Shown here: in pieces, positions 18,913-28,390 of the stretch
How the letters are laid out: every line of letters begins with the position of its first letter
Position numbering within the stretch: position 1 is the stretch's first letter
Assembly: GCA_040902895.1 (NCBI GenBank)
Contig: JBBDWL010000056.1
Span: 16,482 to 80,481 of the forward strand
From: Vicinamibacterales bacterium
Lineage (GTDB): Bacteria; Acidobacteriota; Vicinamibacteria; Vicinamibacterales; SCN-69-37
DNA: 64,000 nt
Direction: 5' to 3'
Made by a program: the position numbers and the translations under genes
The notes under the pieces: model-generated
What the model was told of the DNA's origin: nothing
What the model saw: only the letters and a program-made list of their open reading frames with translations
Database searches by the model: none

Positions 18913-19815
18913 TCAGTACCCGGGCGGCAGCTTGCGCAGCAGCTCTGACGGCCGCTTTGGATTGCGATAGCCGCCCACCGTCCCGTCATACGCTTCGAGC
19001 GGGACGTCGTACCGCTCGCCTGTCGACGGGTCCTCCATCCGCGAATATCCCATCGTCCCCTCGCGTTGTCCCTGCGCGATGCGATCTTCCGAGAGGCCCT
19101 TTTGCCGCCACGTCTCGATGAGGCCCGAGTTGTCGAGCGGGTTGTTGCGCGGCAGCATCACGCCGTCCTGTCCCGCGAGTTCTCGCAGGTTGGTGGGCAC
19201 GATGCTTTGGGCGACGGCCGGAAGCCAGAGCTTGTCGCGATCCCATGACGCGGAAGGCGCCTGATGGAACATCAGAACGGCGGAATAGCGGCCGTAGCCC
19301 TGGCTGACGCCGACAGTGGCGCGCAAGGTGATTGGGATGCCGGCGGGCGTGGTGCCGGTCATGGCCACGTCTTCGGAGTGCCAGGGCCCCCAGATGCCCG
19401 GCTGGTCGGGGAGCCGGAATGATTCGCCGATGCTGAGCGTCGGGTTGACCTTCGGCATCATCATCTGCAGGAACTGGCGCGGCGTCATGCTTCCGAAGCC
19501 GCCGTGCAGAAGTGCGGACGAGACGCTCGTCGTGCCGTCGACCGCGCTGAGATCGACGCCATTGGCCGTTTCACTCACCGACCATGCAACCGGCGCCGAC
19601 CAGCGGAAATACCGGCCCTGTGAGTTGACGAGGATCGGGCGATCGAGCGCGGGCCCGCCTGACCCGGCGCGCGAAGAGCCTCCGGCGCCCGGCGCGGACC
19701 CGGCCGGGGGCGGAATGGTCGAACCCTCTTCAGGCACGGGCGCCTCCGGCTGCCGCGCGTACCAGAACACGGCAACGGCAACCAGCACGAGCAGGCCGGC
19801 AGCAAGTCGTTTCAC
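18913..19815 (-). CDS. hypothetical secreted/membrane-anchored protein
   Basis: N-terminal hydrophobic anchor MKRLAAGLLVLVAVAVFWY, followed by a Pro/Gly/Ser linker. No family recognised. Confidence 0.5.
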   Translation of the reverse strand: MKRLAAGLLVLVAVAVFWYARQPEAPVPEEGSTIPPPAGSAPGAGGSSRAGSGGPALDRPILVNSQGRYFRWSAPVAWSVSETANGVDLSAVDGTTSVSSALLHGGFGSMTPRQFLQMMMPKVNPTLSIGESFRLPDQPGIWGPWHSEDVAMTGTTPAGIPITLRATVGVSQGYGRYSAVLMFHQAPSASWDRDKLWLPAVAQSIVPTNLRELAGQDGVMLPRNNPLDNSGLIETWRQKGLSEDRIAQGQREGTMGYSRMEDPSTGERYDVPLEAYDGTVGGYRNPKRPSELLRKLPPGY

Positions 19816-19915
19816 GGCGGCTCCTTGGGAAATCGGGACGGTGCCGAGTATAGAGGATTCGCGAGTAGCGCTCGTAAGCTTGGCCTCAAGCCCGAGCTGA
19901 AGGTCACGATACTGA

Positions 19916-20143
19916 ATTCGCCTCGCCGCTACGGTCCGATTGCTCGATTTGAGCCTGCAGAAGCAGTTCTCGCTCGGTCAGGAGCGGTATCGGCTGAAGG
20001 TCATGTTCGACGCGTTCAACGTGCTGAACGAGAACGTGATTCTCGGGTACAGCAGCAACAACATGAGCTCGGCTGTCGTGACCCGCGTGTCGAGCATCGT
20101 GCCGCCGCGCGTCTTCCGCATCGGCGCGACGCTGAACTTCTAA
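19916..20143 (+). pseudogene. C-terminal remnant of a TonB-dependent receptor
   Basis: Only about 75 codons are open: ...LDLSLQKQFSLGQERYRLKVMFDAFNVLNENV...PRVFRIGATLNF, the last barrel strands with a terminal F. There is no ATG and no upstream barrel, and a minus-strand gene sits immediately upstream. Confidence 0.6.
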
Positions 20144-20184
20144 CGGTTGCCGGTAACCGGTAACCGGTGAGCCTCTGACACGGC

Positions 20185-20216
20185 GGGCCGGAGCATTGCT
20201 CCGGCCCGTTTTTTTT
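20185..20216 (+). terminator. rho-independent terminator
   Basis: GGGCCGGAGC-att-GCTCCGGCCC followed by G and T8. Confidence 0.8.
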
Positions 20217-20248
20217 GCCCATCGGCGACAGTGTGCTACCGTCCGGCA

Positions 20249-21112
20249 ATGCGCCGGGCTCTTGCCGCGTTTGTCGCAATACTCCTCCTGGCCGGTGCGC
20301 CTGATGCCAGGGGCACGGGGCTCGATGCCCTTGTCGATGCCGCCGCCGCGTACGTGCGCGACTATCAGCAGCAGCTGACCGCCATCATCGCCGACGAAAC
20401 CTACACGCAGCAGCTGCGCGCACAGACGCCTCTCGACAAGGGGATGGCGCGCACCAGGACGCTCATCAGCGAGATCTTCTTCATGTTCACGCCCGGCCAC
20501 GACTGGATGGCCATCCGCGATGTGATGTCCATGGACGGGCGGCCGGTTTCCGACCGGCCGGATTTGCGGTCGGCCCTGCAGTCGCTGGCGGCGCACGACG
20601 TGGCGCGCCGCTTCAAGGCGTACAACTCGCGCTATAACCTCGGACGGATCGTCCGGAACTTCAACGAACCGACACTCAGCCTGCTCGTGCTCGACGATGC
20701 GCATCGGTCGCGATTCCGGTTCGAGCGGAGCCGGACGCAGCGTCAAGGCGGCGAGGAGCTCGTGACGCTGTCATTTCGCGAGACCAGGGGGCCGACGCTC
20801 GTCCGGCAGCTGAATGGCGGACCGGCATACGCGAGGGGCGAGGTGACGATTGAACCGTCGACGGGACGGGTGACACGTGCCGTACTCGCGCTGGTGATCG
20901 ATCCGGTCAAGCTCACGCTGACGACGACCTATGCGCCGGATGCGCGGCTGGGGATCTGGGTCCCCGCGAGATTCGGCGAATGGTACGAGCACGGCCGCGC
21001 GCCGCGCAAGGACGCGCGCACGTTGCCGTCGGGCGACGCGCACGAGGAAATCGTCTGCGAAGCGAAGTACAGCAACTTCCGGCGCTTCGAAGTGAAGGCG
21101 AGCATCCGATGA
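20249..21112 (+). CDS. hypothetical secreted protein (first gene of the VWA operon)
   Basis: ATG at 20249 gives MRRALAAFVAILLLAGAPDARG (signal peptide). Its stop overlaps the next gene's start (ATGA). Confidence 0.55.
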   Translation: MRRALAAFVAILLLAGAPDARGTGLDALVDAAAAYVRDYQQQLTAIIADETYTQQLRAQTPLDKGMARTRTLISEIFFMFTPGHDWMAIRDVMSMDGRPVSDRPDLRSALQSLAAHDVARRFKAYNSRYNLGRIVRNFNEPTLSLLVLDDAHRSRFRFERSRTQRQGGEELVTLSFRETRGPTLVRQLNGGPAYARGEVTIEPSTGRVTRAVLALVIDPVKLTLTTTYAPDARLGIWVPARFGEWYEHGRAPRKDARTLPSGDAHEEIVCEAKYSNFRRFEVKASIR

Positions 21113-23148
21113 TCAAGATCCTGCTGCTGGGCGCCGTCCTCGTCGCGCAAGCACTGCCGGCGCAGCAGCCAACGTTCCGCGCGCGCGTCGATCAGGTGCT
21201 GGTCGACGTCGTCGTGACCGACAGGAACGACCGGCCCATAACGGATCTCTCTGCGGCCGACTTCGAGATTGTCGAGAACGGCCGCGTTCAGAAGATTACC
21301 GATTTTCAGTTCGTGTCAGTCCCTGTGTCGACGACGCCGCTCGAAGCCAGCACGCGCGAGGCACGCGCGGCTGCTCCGCTGCCGGATGTCGCGACCAACC
21401 GGCCGCCGGCATCCAACAGCCGGCTGTTCGTGCTGATCATCGACGACCTGCACATCATCGAGTCGGAGATCATCCCGGTCAAGCGCATCATCACCGATTT
21501 CCTGACGGCGCTCGCGCCGGACGACGAAGTCGGCGTGGTGTTCACGGGGCGATCGGATCTCGGCATCAACATCACGCGCGATCGCGCGCGCCTGCTCGCG
21601 GCGCTCGATCGGGTGCGAGACGCGATGGGCTTCGGGCTCGATGCGCTGCACCGGCTCCCTGGCGCCGGCGATCCGGTGATCGACGAGAAGCGCAAGCTGA
21701 AGTACAACGTCCCGGCTCAGTACCTTGGCGCGGCGATGCTCACGCTGATGAACGTCGCCGATGCCCTGGCGGACTCTCCGCATCCGCGACGTGCCATCGT
21801 CTTTGTCAGCGCCGGCTCGGCGCTCGATATGAGACCAAGTCTGAACTCCCCCGAGTACCAGGAGGCGATGGCGCTCCGCAATCGCATGACATCAGCCTAC
21901 GAGTACGCCCGGCGAGCGAATGTTCCGATCTATACGCTTGACCCGCGCGGCGGCCATACCATGCCCGAGGACGCCGTGCGCGGCGGTCTGGGGACGATAG
22001 GCGGCCTGACCGACGAGGTGCCGCTTGGCGGCAGAGCGGCGGTCGCCAAGGCTCGCCCCCACGAGCTCACTCGCGCACAAATCGCGCACAACATTCGGAT
22101 CCAGCAGCACAACCTGTCCGAGATCGCCATCAACACCGGCGGCCGTGCGTTCATCAATCAATCGAATCTGTCGCGTGCGGTGAACGAGATCGTTGCCGAG
22201 AACGGCAGCTATTACCTGCTGGGCTATTCACCCGAGCCGCTGACTCGCGACGGCAAGTTCCACGAGATCGACATCCGCGTGAAACGCGAGGGCGTTCGCG
22301 TACGCGGGCGCGACGGCTACGTCGCGCCGGCGGCGGCGCCAGGGTCAACGGACCCGGTCGAAGAGCTCAACACCGCCATGACGTCGGCCATCAACGTGAC
22401 AGGCATCGGGCTTCGGGGTGTTGCCACGCCACTCGGACCGGGTCCCAAAGGGACGTTAACGGCCGTCACGCTGCAGGTGACCTACCCCATGCTGCCAGGC
22501 AGCACGGCGCCGATCGACGACGTGCTGCGCGTGCATCTCACGGGACTCGATCCGGATGCGAAAGTCAAAGCCACCGCGGAGCACGCGTTCGCGTTCAAGG
22601 CGCAGCCGATGGATGCCGACCACGTGACGTTCCTGATCAACGGACTCATCGACCTTCCGCCGCAGCCGCTGACACTGCGGCTTGGACTGTCGAGCCGCGC
22701 GCTGGGGCGCGTCGGCATGGTGCAGCTCCCGATTCACCCGCCGAGAATTTCCGACTCGGCGCTGCACATGAGCGGCATCGCGATCGCCCTCGAAGGCCGC
22801 GCCGAACCGGCACTTGGCGGCGATCTGATTCGCAGTCTGGTGCCGTTTCAGCCGACGACTGCGCGCGCGTTTACGGCAGCCGATACGCTGCGCATCTTCG
22901 CGCGGACGTTCTGGGGATCGAAGGATGACAGCGTGCAGGTTACGTTCGGTGTGAGCGGGCCGAAAGACATCGCGCCACTGCCGATTTCGCTGGCGGCCGC
23001 GGCCGAGGGCAATCGCCGGCAGGCGACCTTCGAAACAACACTGCCGCTCGGCGGCCTGCCGCCGGGTGACTACGTGCTTCACGTCGAGGCGCGGCTGCCG
23101 AACAAGCAGACGGCGCGCCGCGACGTGCCGTTTCAGATAACACGATGA
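21109..23148 (+). CDS. VWA-domain protein, acidobacterial VWFA-related (TIGR03436-like), paralog 1
   Basis: MIKILLLGAVLVAQALPAQQPTFRARVDQVLVDVVVTDRNDRPITDLSAADFEIVENGRVQKITDF is the hallmark N-terminus. It also has a VWA-like core and a C-terminal GDYVLHVEARL Ig-like end. Confidence 0.85.
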   Translation: MIKILLLGAVLVAQALPAQQPTFRARVDQVLVDVVVTDRNDRPITDLSAADFEIVENGRVQKITDFQFVSVPVSTTPLEASTREARAAAPLPDVATNRPPASNSRLFVLIIDDLHIIESEIIPVKRIITDFLTALAPDDEVGVVFTGRSDLGINITRDRARLLAALDRVRDAMGFGLDALHRLPGAGDPVIDEKRKLKYNVPAQYLGAAMLTLMNVADALADSPHPRRAIVFVSAGSALDMRPSLNSPEYQEAMALRNRMTSAYEYARRANVPIYTLDPRGGHTMPEDAVRGGLGTIGGLTDEVPLGGRAAVAKARPHELTRAQIAHNIRIQQHNLSEIAINTGGRAFINQSNLSRAVNEIVAENGSYYLLGYSPEPLTRDGKFHEIDIRVKREGVRVRGRDGYVAPAAAPGSTDPVEELNTAMTSAINVTGIGLRGVATPLGPGPKGTLTAVTLQVTYPMLPGSTAPIDDVLRVHLTGLDPDAKVKATAEHAFAFKAQPMDADHVTFLINGLIDLPPQPLTLRLGLSSRALGRVGMVQLPIHPPRISDSALHMSGIAIALEGRAEPALGGDLIRSLVPFQPTTARAFTAADTLRIFARTFWGSKDDSVQVTFGVSGPKDIAPLPISLAAAAEGNRRQATFETTLPLGGLPPGDYVLHVEARLPNKQTARRDVPFQITR

Positions 23149-25154
23149 TGAGCAGGCTCGTGGCTGCGGTCTGGCTCCTGGCGACCACCGCCGCTGTCCA
23201 GCAGCCGACGTTCCGCGCGCGCGTCGACCACGTGCTCGTCGACGTCGTCGTCACCGATCGCAACGATCGGCCCGTCACGGATCTGACTGCCGCCGACTTC
23301 GAGATTGTCGAGAGCGGGCGGCGGCAGAAGATCACAGACTTTCAGTTCGTCTCGATTCCGGTGTCGCGCACGCCGCTCGAGGCCGACACCCGCGCCGCGC
23401 GCGCCGCAGTGGTGGTGCCTGACGTCGCGACGAACGCGCTGCCGGCGGCAGCGAGCCGGCTGTTCGTGCTCGTCATCGACGATTTGCACATCATCGAGTC
23501 GGAGATCGTTCCGGTAAAGAAGATCGTCACGGACTTCGTGACGTCGCTTGCGCCCGACGACGAAGTCGGCGTGGTCTTCACGGGACGATCCGATCTCGGC
23601 ATCAACCTCACGCGCGATCGCGGCCGCCTGCTCGCAGCGATCGATCGCATTCGCGAAGCGATGGGGTTCGGACTCGACGCGCTCCACCGGCTGCCGGGAG
23701 GCGGCGGCGATCCGGAGATCGATCAGCTGCGGAAGCTGAACAGAATTCCGATCAACTACGCGAAGTCGACGGCTCGTACGGTGCAGAACGTTGCCTCGGC
23801 TCTCGCCGGCTCGCCGCATCCCCGCCGCGCGATCGTGTTCGTGAGCGGCGGCGTCGCGATCGATCCGAATGCCTCGCTCAACGCCGAGGAGTTCCAGTGG
23901 TGGAGGGCCGTGCGTCAGGACCTGCTCGACACCTTCGGCAAGGCCCGCCAGGCCAGTGTTCCAATCTACACGCTCGACCCGCGCGGTCATACGATGCCGG
24001 AGGATGCCGTGCGGGGAGGCATCGGCACGATCGGCGGCCTGGGGCCGGGCTCGCGAAGCGACGCGGGCCCGAAGATGCGTGCGGAGATCGCACGCCGCAT
24101 CCGAATCCAGCAGAACTACCTCTCGGAGATGGCCATCAATACGGGCGGACGCGCGTTCATCAATCAGTCGAATCTGTCCAAGGCCGTCAGCGAGATCGTC
24201 GCGGAGAACGGAAGCTACTACCTGCTGGCCTACTCACCCACGCCGCTGGCCCGCGATGGGAAGTTTCACGACATCGAGGTAAAGGTCAGGCGTGACGGCG
24301 TCCGGGTACGGGGTCGTGATGGCTATCTGGCGCCATCGGCGGAAGCGGTGTCGACCGATCCGGTCGAAAGACTCAACGCCGCGATGACGTCGGCGATCAA
24401 CGTCAGCGGCATCGCCCTGCGCGCCGTCGCCACGCCGCTCGCGCAGGGCGAGAAAGGCATGCTGACGGCGGTGACGCTGCAGGTCACCTATCCCCTCGCG
24501 CCTGGCAGCACGGCGGCGATCGACGACGTGCTGCGTGTGCACATTTCGGGCCTCGATCCAGAGGCGAAGGTCAAGGCATCGTCGGAACATGCCTTTACGT
24601 TCAAGGCACAGCCGATCAACGCGGACCACGTGACCTTTCTCGTCAATGGCCTGATCGAACTGCCCGCCCAGCCGCTGACCCTGCGGATGGCGATTGCCAG
24701 CCGATCGCTCGGACGCGCCGGCATGGTGCAGCTGCCGATTGAGGCGCCGAAGCGCGATGAATCGCGGCTGCAGATGACCGGCATCGCGATCGGCCTCGAG
24801 GGCAGCGGCGAGCCTGCACTTGGCGGCGATGTGATTCGCGCGCTCGTGCCGTTTCAGCCGACGACGACCCGCGCGTTCGCGGCGGCCGACACACTGCGCA
24901 TCTTCACGCGCCTGTTCTGGGAGTCGAACGCGAGCCACCAGGCCGACCTCACGTTCGGTGTGAGGGGCCCATCAGCCATCCCGTCTCGTACGCTTCCGCT
25001 CTCTGCAATCGCCGACGGCAATCGGCGACAGGCGGCGTTCGAAACCACCCTGTCGCTGCAGAAGCTGGTGCCTGGGGATTACGTGCTACACGTCGAAGCG
25101 CGGCTGCCTGATGGTCAGACGGCGCGCCGCGACGTGCCGTTCAGGGTGCGATAG
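23145..25154 (+). CDS. VWA-domain protein (TIGR03436-like), paralog 2, tandem duplicate of paralog 1
   Basis: QQPTFRARVDHVLVDVVVTDRNDRPVTDLTAADFEIVESGRRQKITDF. It is collinear with and very similar to the preceding gene, with an ATGA overlap. Confidence 0.85.
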   Translation: MMSRLVAAVWLLATTAAVQQPTFRARVDHVLVDVVVTDRNDRPVTDLTAADFEIVESGRRQKITDFQFVSIPVSRTPLEADTRAARAAVVVPDVATNALPAAASRLFVLVIDDLHIIESEIVPVKKIVTDFVTSLAPDDEVGVVFTGRSDLGINLTRDRGRLLAAIDRIREAMGFGLDALHRLPGGGGDPEIDQLRKLNRIPINYAKSTARTVQNVASALAGSPHPRRAIVFVSGGVAIDPNASLNAEEFQWWRAVRQDLLDTFGKARQASVPIYTLDPRGHTMPEDAVRGGIGTIGGLGPGSRSDAGPKMRAEIARRIRIQQNYLSEMAINTGGRAFINQSNLSKAVSEIVAENGSYYLLAYSPTPLARDGKFHDIEVKVRRDGVRVRGRDGYLAPSAEAVSTDPVERLNAAMTSAINVSGIALRAVATPLAQGEKGMLTAVTLQVTYPLAPGSTAAIDDVLRVHISGLDPEAKVKASSEHAFTFKAQPINADHVTFLVNGLIELPAQPLTLRMAIASRSLGRAGMVQLPIEAPKRDESRLQMTGIAIGLEGSGEPALGGDVIRALVPFQPTTTRAFAAADTLRIFTRLFWESNASHQADLTFGVRGPSAIPSRTLPLSAIADGNRRQAAFETTLSLQKLVPGDYVLHVEARLPDGQTARRDVPFRVR

Positions 25155-25199
25155 CGCAGGCCCTCAGGCCTGCGTTCCACGCAGGGCTAAAGCCCTGCG
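25155..25199. terminator. two adjacent GC-rich hairpins between convergent genes
   Basis: CGCAGGCC-ctca-GGCCTGCG (25155-25174) and CGCAGGGC-taaa-GCCCTGCG (25180-25199). There is no T-tract. Confidence 0.45.
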
Positions 25200-26432
25200 C
25201 TACCGCCAGATTGCTTCCTGCGGCGGCAGCGTGGTCGCGAGATAGCCCTTGCGCGCGCGCACGGTCACGCCGTTTGCTTTGGCCTTCACTTCGATCTTGC
25301 GGAACTTGCCGTCCATCGTGGGATTCGACGGCTGATAGCCGATGACGTAGTAGGTACTCGTGTCGCGCGCGATGCGGCTGAACGCGGCCTTCATGTCGTC
25401 GGTGCCCTGCACCATGAAGCCGCCCGTGCCTGCCGTCAGGATGTTCGGTCCATCGTCACCCGAATCGAAGGTGAGTGAGCGTCCGGGATCGGCGCGCACG
25501 GCGTCGGTGTTGCCGGCCGAGCGATTGATCAGGCCGCGGCCGTCGATGGAATAGATCGTGACGCCGGCGCGCGCCGCCTGGCCGGCGAGCTTCTCGAGCG
25601 TCGCCCGCGCTTCGATCGAATAGAACCCCTCCGACATCAGCACGATCGTCTTGCGGCCGGCGTACTTGCCAAGGCTGGCGACGAGCGCCTGAATGCTCTG
25701 AACGGTCTGAGCGGTCAGAATCCGCGCCTGCCGCACGTACAGGCGCGCCTTGACCTGAATCTTGTTCTCCACATACTGAATGGCCCCGGGCATGTTGCAG
25801 TCCGGCTCCCACGGCGAGTCCTGGCAGGCTTTCACGCCGAGCCTGTTCGTCAGCTCGCGCGCGCCGTCGGCGACGCGCATGGCGTCGTGCTCGCTGGGAA
25901 TACGCGGAAACTCGCGGAACGGCGCGAGCAGCGACTCGCGTGTGTCGATCAACGGCTTGGCGGCGCGCACGCCCGAGAGCAGCGCGCCCTTGTCGGTCGT
26001 GAGCCGCGACTGGTGCAGCTCGCCGTTCACGAGCACGCCGCTGACGTCGCCCGGTCCGATGTGCTCCATGATGAACGACTCGGCGCCCTTCTTGACGCGC
26101 ATCAGGCCTTCCGCGCCGAGATGCCCGCTGTCGAACATCATCACGAACACACGATGCGCCCCCTCGGCCGGCCTGCCGGCCTCGTCGGCGGCGATCGACG
26201 ATGCGCGGGCCACCGGATCGTGAGTGACCAGATAGAACTGCTCGATCTTCTGGACCTGGCCGTTCTCGTAGAGCGTCAGGTCGTCCGGGCCGAGGCTCGG
26301 TACGAAATTGCCATTGTCATCGAGCACGATCGCGTCGACCTGCACGAGCGCGGTCGTCGTGCGGAAGGTCGGCTGCTGGGGGGCGGCCTGAAGAAGGACG
26401 CCACAAACGACGAGCCAGGTGATGCGAGCCAT
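25200..26432 (-). CDS. VWA-domain protein (TIGR03436-like), shorter paralog 3
   Basis: 410 aa. QQPTFRTTTALVQVDAIVLDDNGNFVPSLGPDDLTLYENGQVQKIEQF, followed by a VWA-like core. Confidence 0.8.
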   Translation of the reverse strand: MARITWLVVCGVLLQAAPQQPTFRTTTALVQVDAIVLDDNGNFVPSLGPDDLTLYENGQVQKIEQFYLVTHDPVARASSIAADEAGRPAEGAHRVFVMMFDSGHLGAEGLMRVKKGAESFIMEHIGPGDVSGVLVNGELHQSRLTTDKGALLSGVRAAKPLIDTRESLLAPFREFPRIPSEHDAMRVADGARELTNRLGVKACQDSPWEPDCNMPGAIQYVENKIQVKARLYVRQARILTAQTVQSIQALVASLGKYAGRKTIVLMSEGFYSIEARATLEKLAGQAARAGVTIYSIDGRGLINRSAGNTDAVRADPGRSLTFDSGDDGPNILTAGTGGFMVQGTDDMKAAFSRIARDTSTYYVIGYQPSNPTMDGKFRKIEVKAKANGVTVRARKGYLATTLPPQEAIWR

Positions 26433-26476
26433 CGAACGATTCCTTTCAGGGGCCGGAAGATGTCAGTATACAGGCG

Positions 26477-28342
26477 ATGAAGGCACTCGTCGCGGCCCGC
26501 GCGATCGCCGCCGTTGGGGTGGTGGTGTGGGCAGCCGGCGCAACGCCTTTACCGGGCCGGCAGCAGAGTCCTCCGCAGTTCCGGGCGCGTACCGACCTCG
26601 TCCAGGTCGACGTCGTCGTCCTTGATGCCGACGGCCGGCCGGTGCGCGGCCTGCAGGCGTCGGACTTCACGATTCTCGACCGCCGCAGGCCGCAGCCGAT
26701 CCAGACCTTCACGGAAATCAGCCACGCAGAGCCGGACAGCGCGGCCGGCCCGCGACCGCCCGCGGACGTGCGGCTCGACGTCGCCGACAACACCACGGCG
26801 AAGTCGCAGCGGGCGATCGTGCTGGTAATTCAGAACATGAACCTCCGCGAGAGCCGCGTGGCGCAGGTGAAGGAGGTCGCGGCGCGAGTCGTACGCGACC
26901 TTGGGCCGAGCGCGTCGATGGCATTGCTGTTCACGAGCGGCCATGGGAGTGTCGAGCTGACCGAGGACCGCGCGACACTGCTCGATGCGGTGGATGGATT
27001 CGGAAACGTGGGCGCGCTCGGTCTGGAGGCTTTCCTTCGCCTGCTGAAGAGCGTGCAGGACGCTGCGCGCCATCTGCAGGGCGACAACACGCGGCGGAAG
27101 GCGATCATCGTCATCGCCCCAGGCATGGGCGCGAACATCACCGGGCTCTACCAGGTCATGCGGCCGCGGCCGACCGGGAACCCGATCTATGACAAGAGCG
27201 GGACGCAGGAGCGGAGCGACATCGCGTTCCTGACGATGATGGATGCGTTGAGGCGTTCGAACGTCACGCTCTATGGCGTTGACCCGCGAACGCCAGTGCA
27301 GAACCTCGAAGAGCGCGCGCACGAAGGGCGTGATCAACCTGCTCTGCGGATGTTCGACGAGCATGAGCGACGGAAAGACTCCCTTGAGCTCTCGGCCGAA
27401 GCGTCAGGCGGGTTTGCCGTCATGGGCTCCCGCGGCCTCGACGCCGGCCTCAATCGCATCGTCGCGGATCTCGACAACTACTACCTGCTCGGCTTTTACG
27501 CGGAAGACCCGGACAGTGACAAGTGGCGCGACCTCGAGGTCACCGTCAACAGACCCGGCGTGATCGTGCGGCATCGCAAGGGCTATCGCGGTGGCGCGAA
27601 GCCGCCCAAACCGAAGAACAAGGATCCGATGGTGCAGCTGTCGGAAGGCGTCCTGCCACAGACGGACCTTCGGCTGCGCCTGTTCGCCACATCGGTGTCG
27701 CTGTCGCCGAAGTTGGCGAAAGTCGCGGTGTCGCTGGAGGCGCGCGATCCGGCGCTGACGGCGGCCGGATCGACGGGTGATCGCGTGACCGCCACGATTC
27801 TGGCGGTCGATCTGAAGCGCAGGAAGGTCGTGAAGCGTGTCGACCGGCGCGCCGACGTCGCACTCGGAGCCGACGAGGCCTATCAGTTTCCGTTCACGAT
27901 GGATCTGCCGCCAGGCCGATACCAGTTGCGCGCCTCGGCGGCGAGCGCTGCATCAGGCAAGTCAGGCAGCGTCTATCTCATGCTCGACGTTCCGGCGCAG
28001 CCGAGAGAGGGGATCGCGATCGCCGGCGCGTCACTGAGCCCGTCCGGGGACGGTGAGGCTGTTCTGCACGATCGAGCGTTCGGACCGGGCGACGTGCTGC
28101 ATGTCAGCTACTGGATCGCGCGCGCCGATCGCGCCGCAGCCGTCGCGTCGACGGTCGAGATTCTCGACAGTGGCGGCGCCGTGGTGTTCAACGCGGCACC
28201 GCACGTGCCGGACGGCGCAACCGCGCGCGTTCGGGCCGACGTCGCGTTGAAATCGCTCCCGCCGGGAAGCTATCGGCTGCGCATCATCGCGCGCAGCGGC
28301 GTCAGCGAAGCGGCGCGGGAGATTGGATTCGCGATCAGGTAG
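26477..28342 (+). CDS. VWA-domain protein (TIGR03436-like), paralog 4
   Basis: PPQFRARTDLVQVDVVVLDADGRPVRGLQASDFTILDRRRPQPIQTF. C-terminal PPGSYRLRIIARS. Confidence 0.8.
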   Translation: MKALVAARAIAAVGVVVWAAGATPLPGRQQSPPQFRARTDLVQVDVVVLDADGRPVRGLQASDFTILDRRRPQPIQTFTEISHAEPDSAAGPRPPADVRLDVADNTTAKSQRAIVLVIQNMNLRESRVAQVKEVAARVVRDLGPSASMALLFTSGHGSVELTEDRATLLDAVDGFGNVGALGLEAFLRLLKSVQDAARHLQGDNTRRKAIIVIAPGMGANITGLYQVMRPRPTGNPIYDKSGTQERSDIAFLTMMDALRRSNVTLYGVDPRTPVQNLEERAHEGRDQPALRMFDEHERRKDSLELSAEASGGFAVMGSRGLDAGLNRIVADLDNYYLLGFYAEDPDSDKWRDLEVTVNRPGVIVRHRKGYRGGAKPPKPKNKDPMVQLSEGVLPQTDLRLRLFATSVSLSPKLAKVAVSLEARDPALTAAGSTGDRVTATILAVDLKRRKVVKRVDRRADVALGADEAYQFPFTMDLPPGRYQLRASAASAASGKSGSVYLMLDVPAQPREGIAIAGASLSPSGDGEAVLHDRAFGPGDVLHVSYWIARADRAAAVASTVEILDSGGAVVFNAAPHVPDGATARVRADVALKSLPPGSYRLRIIARSGVSEAAREIGFAIR

Positions 28343-28390
28343 GCCGTGACGCTGGCAGGACTAGCTTTGGGATAATCGATTGGCACCCTA

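Noticed and set aside
20148-20170. GGTAACC-GGTAACC-GGT micro-tandem repeat after the receptor stub
   Set aside because: It has only two and a half copies of a 7-mer, sits between a stop codon and a terminator, and nothing suggests function.
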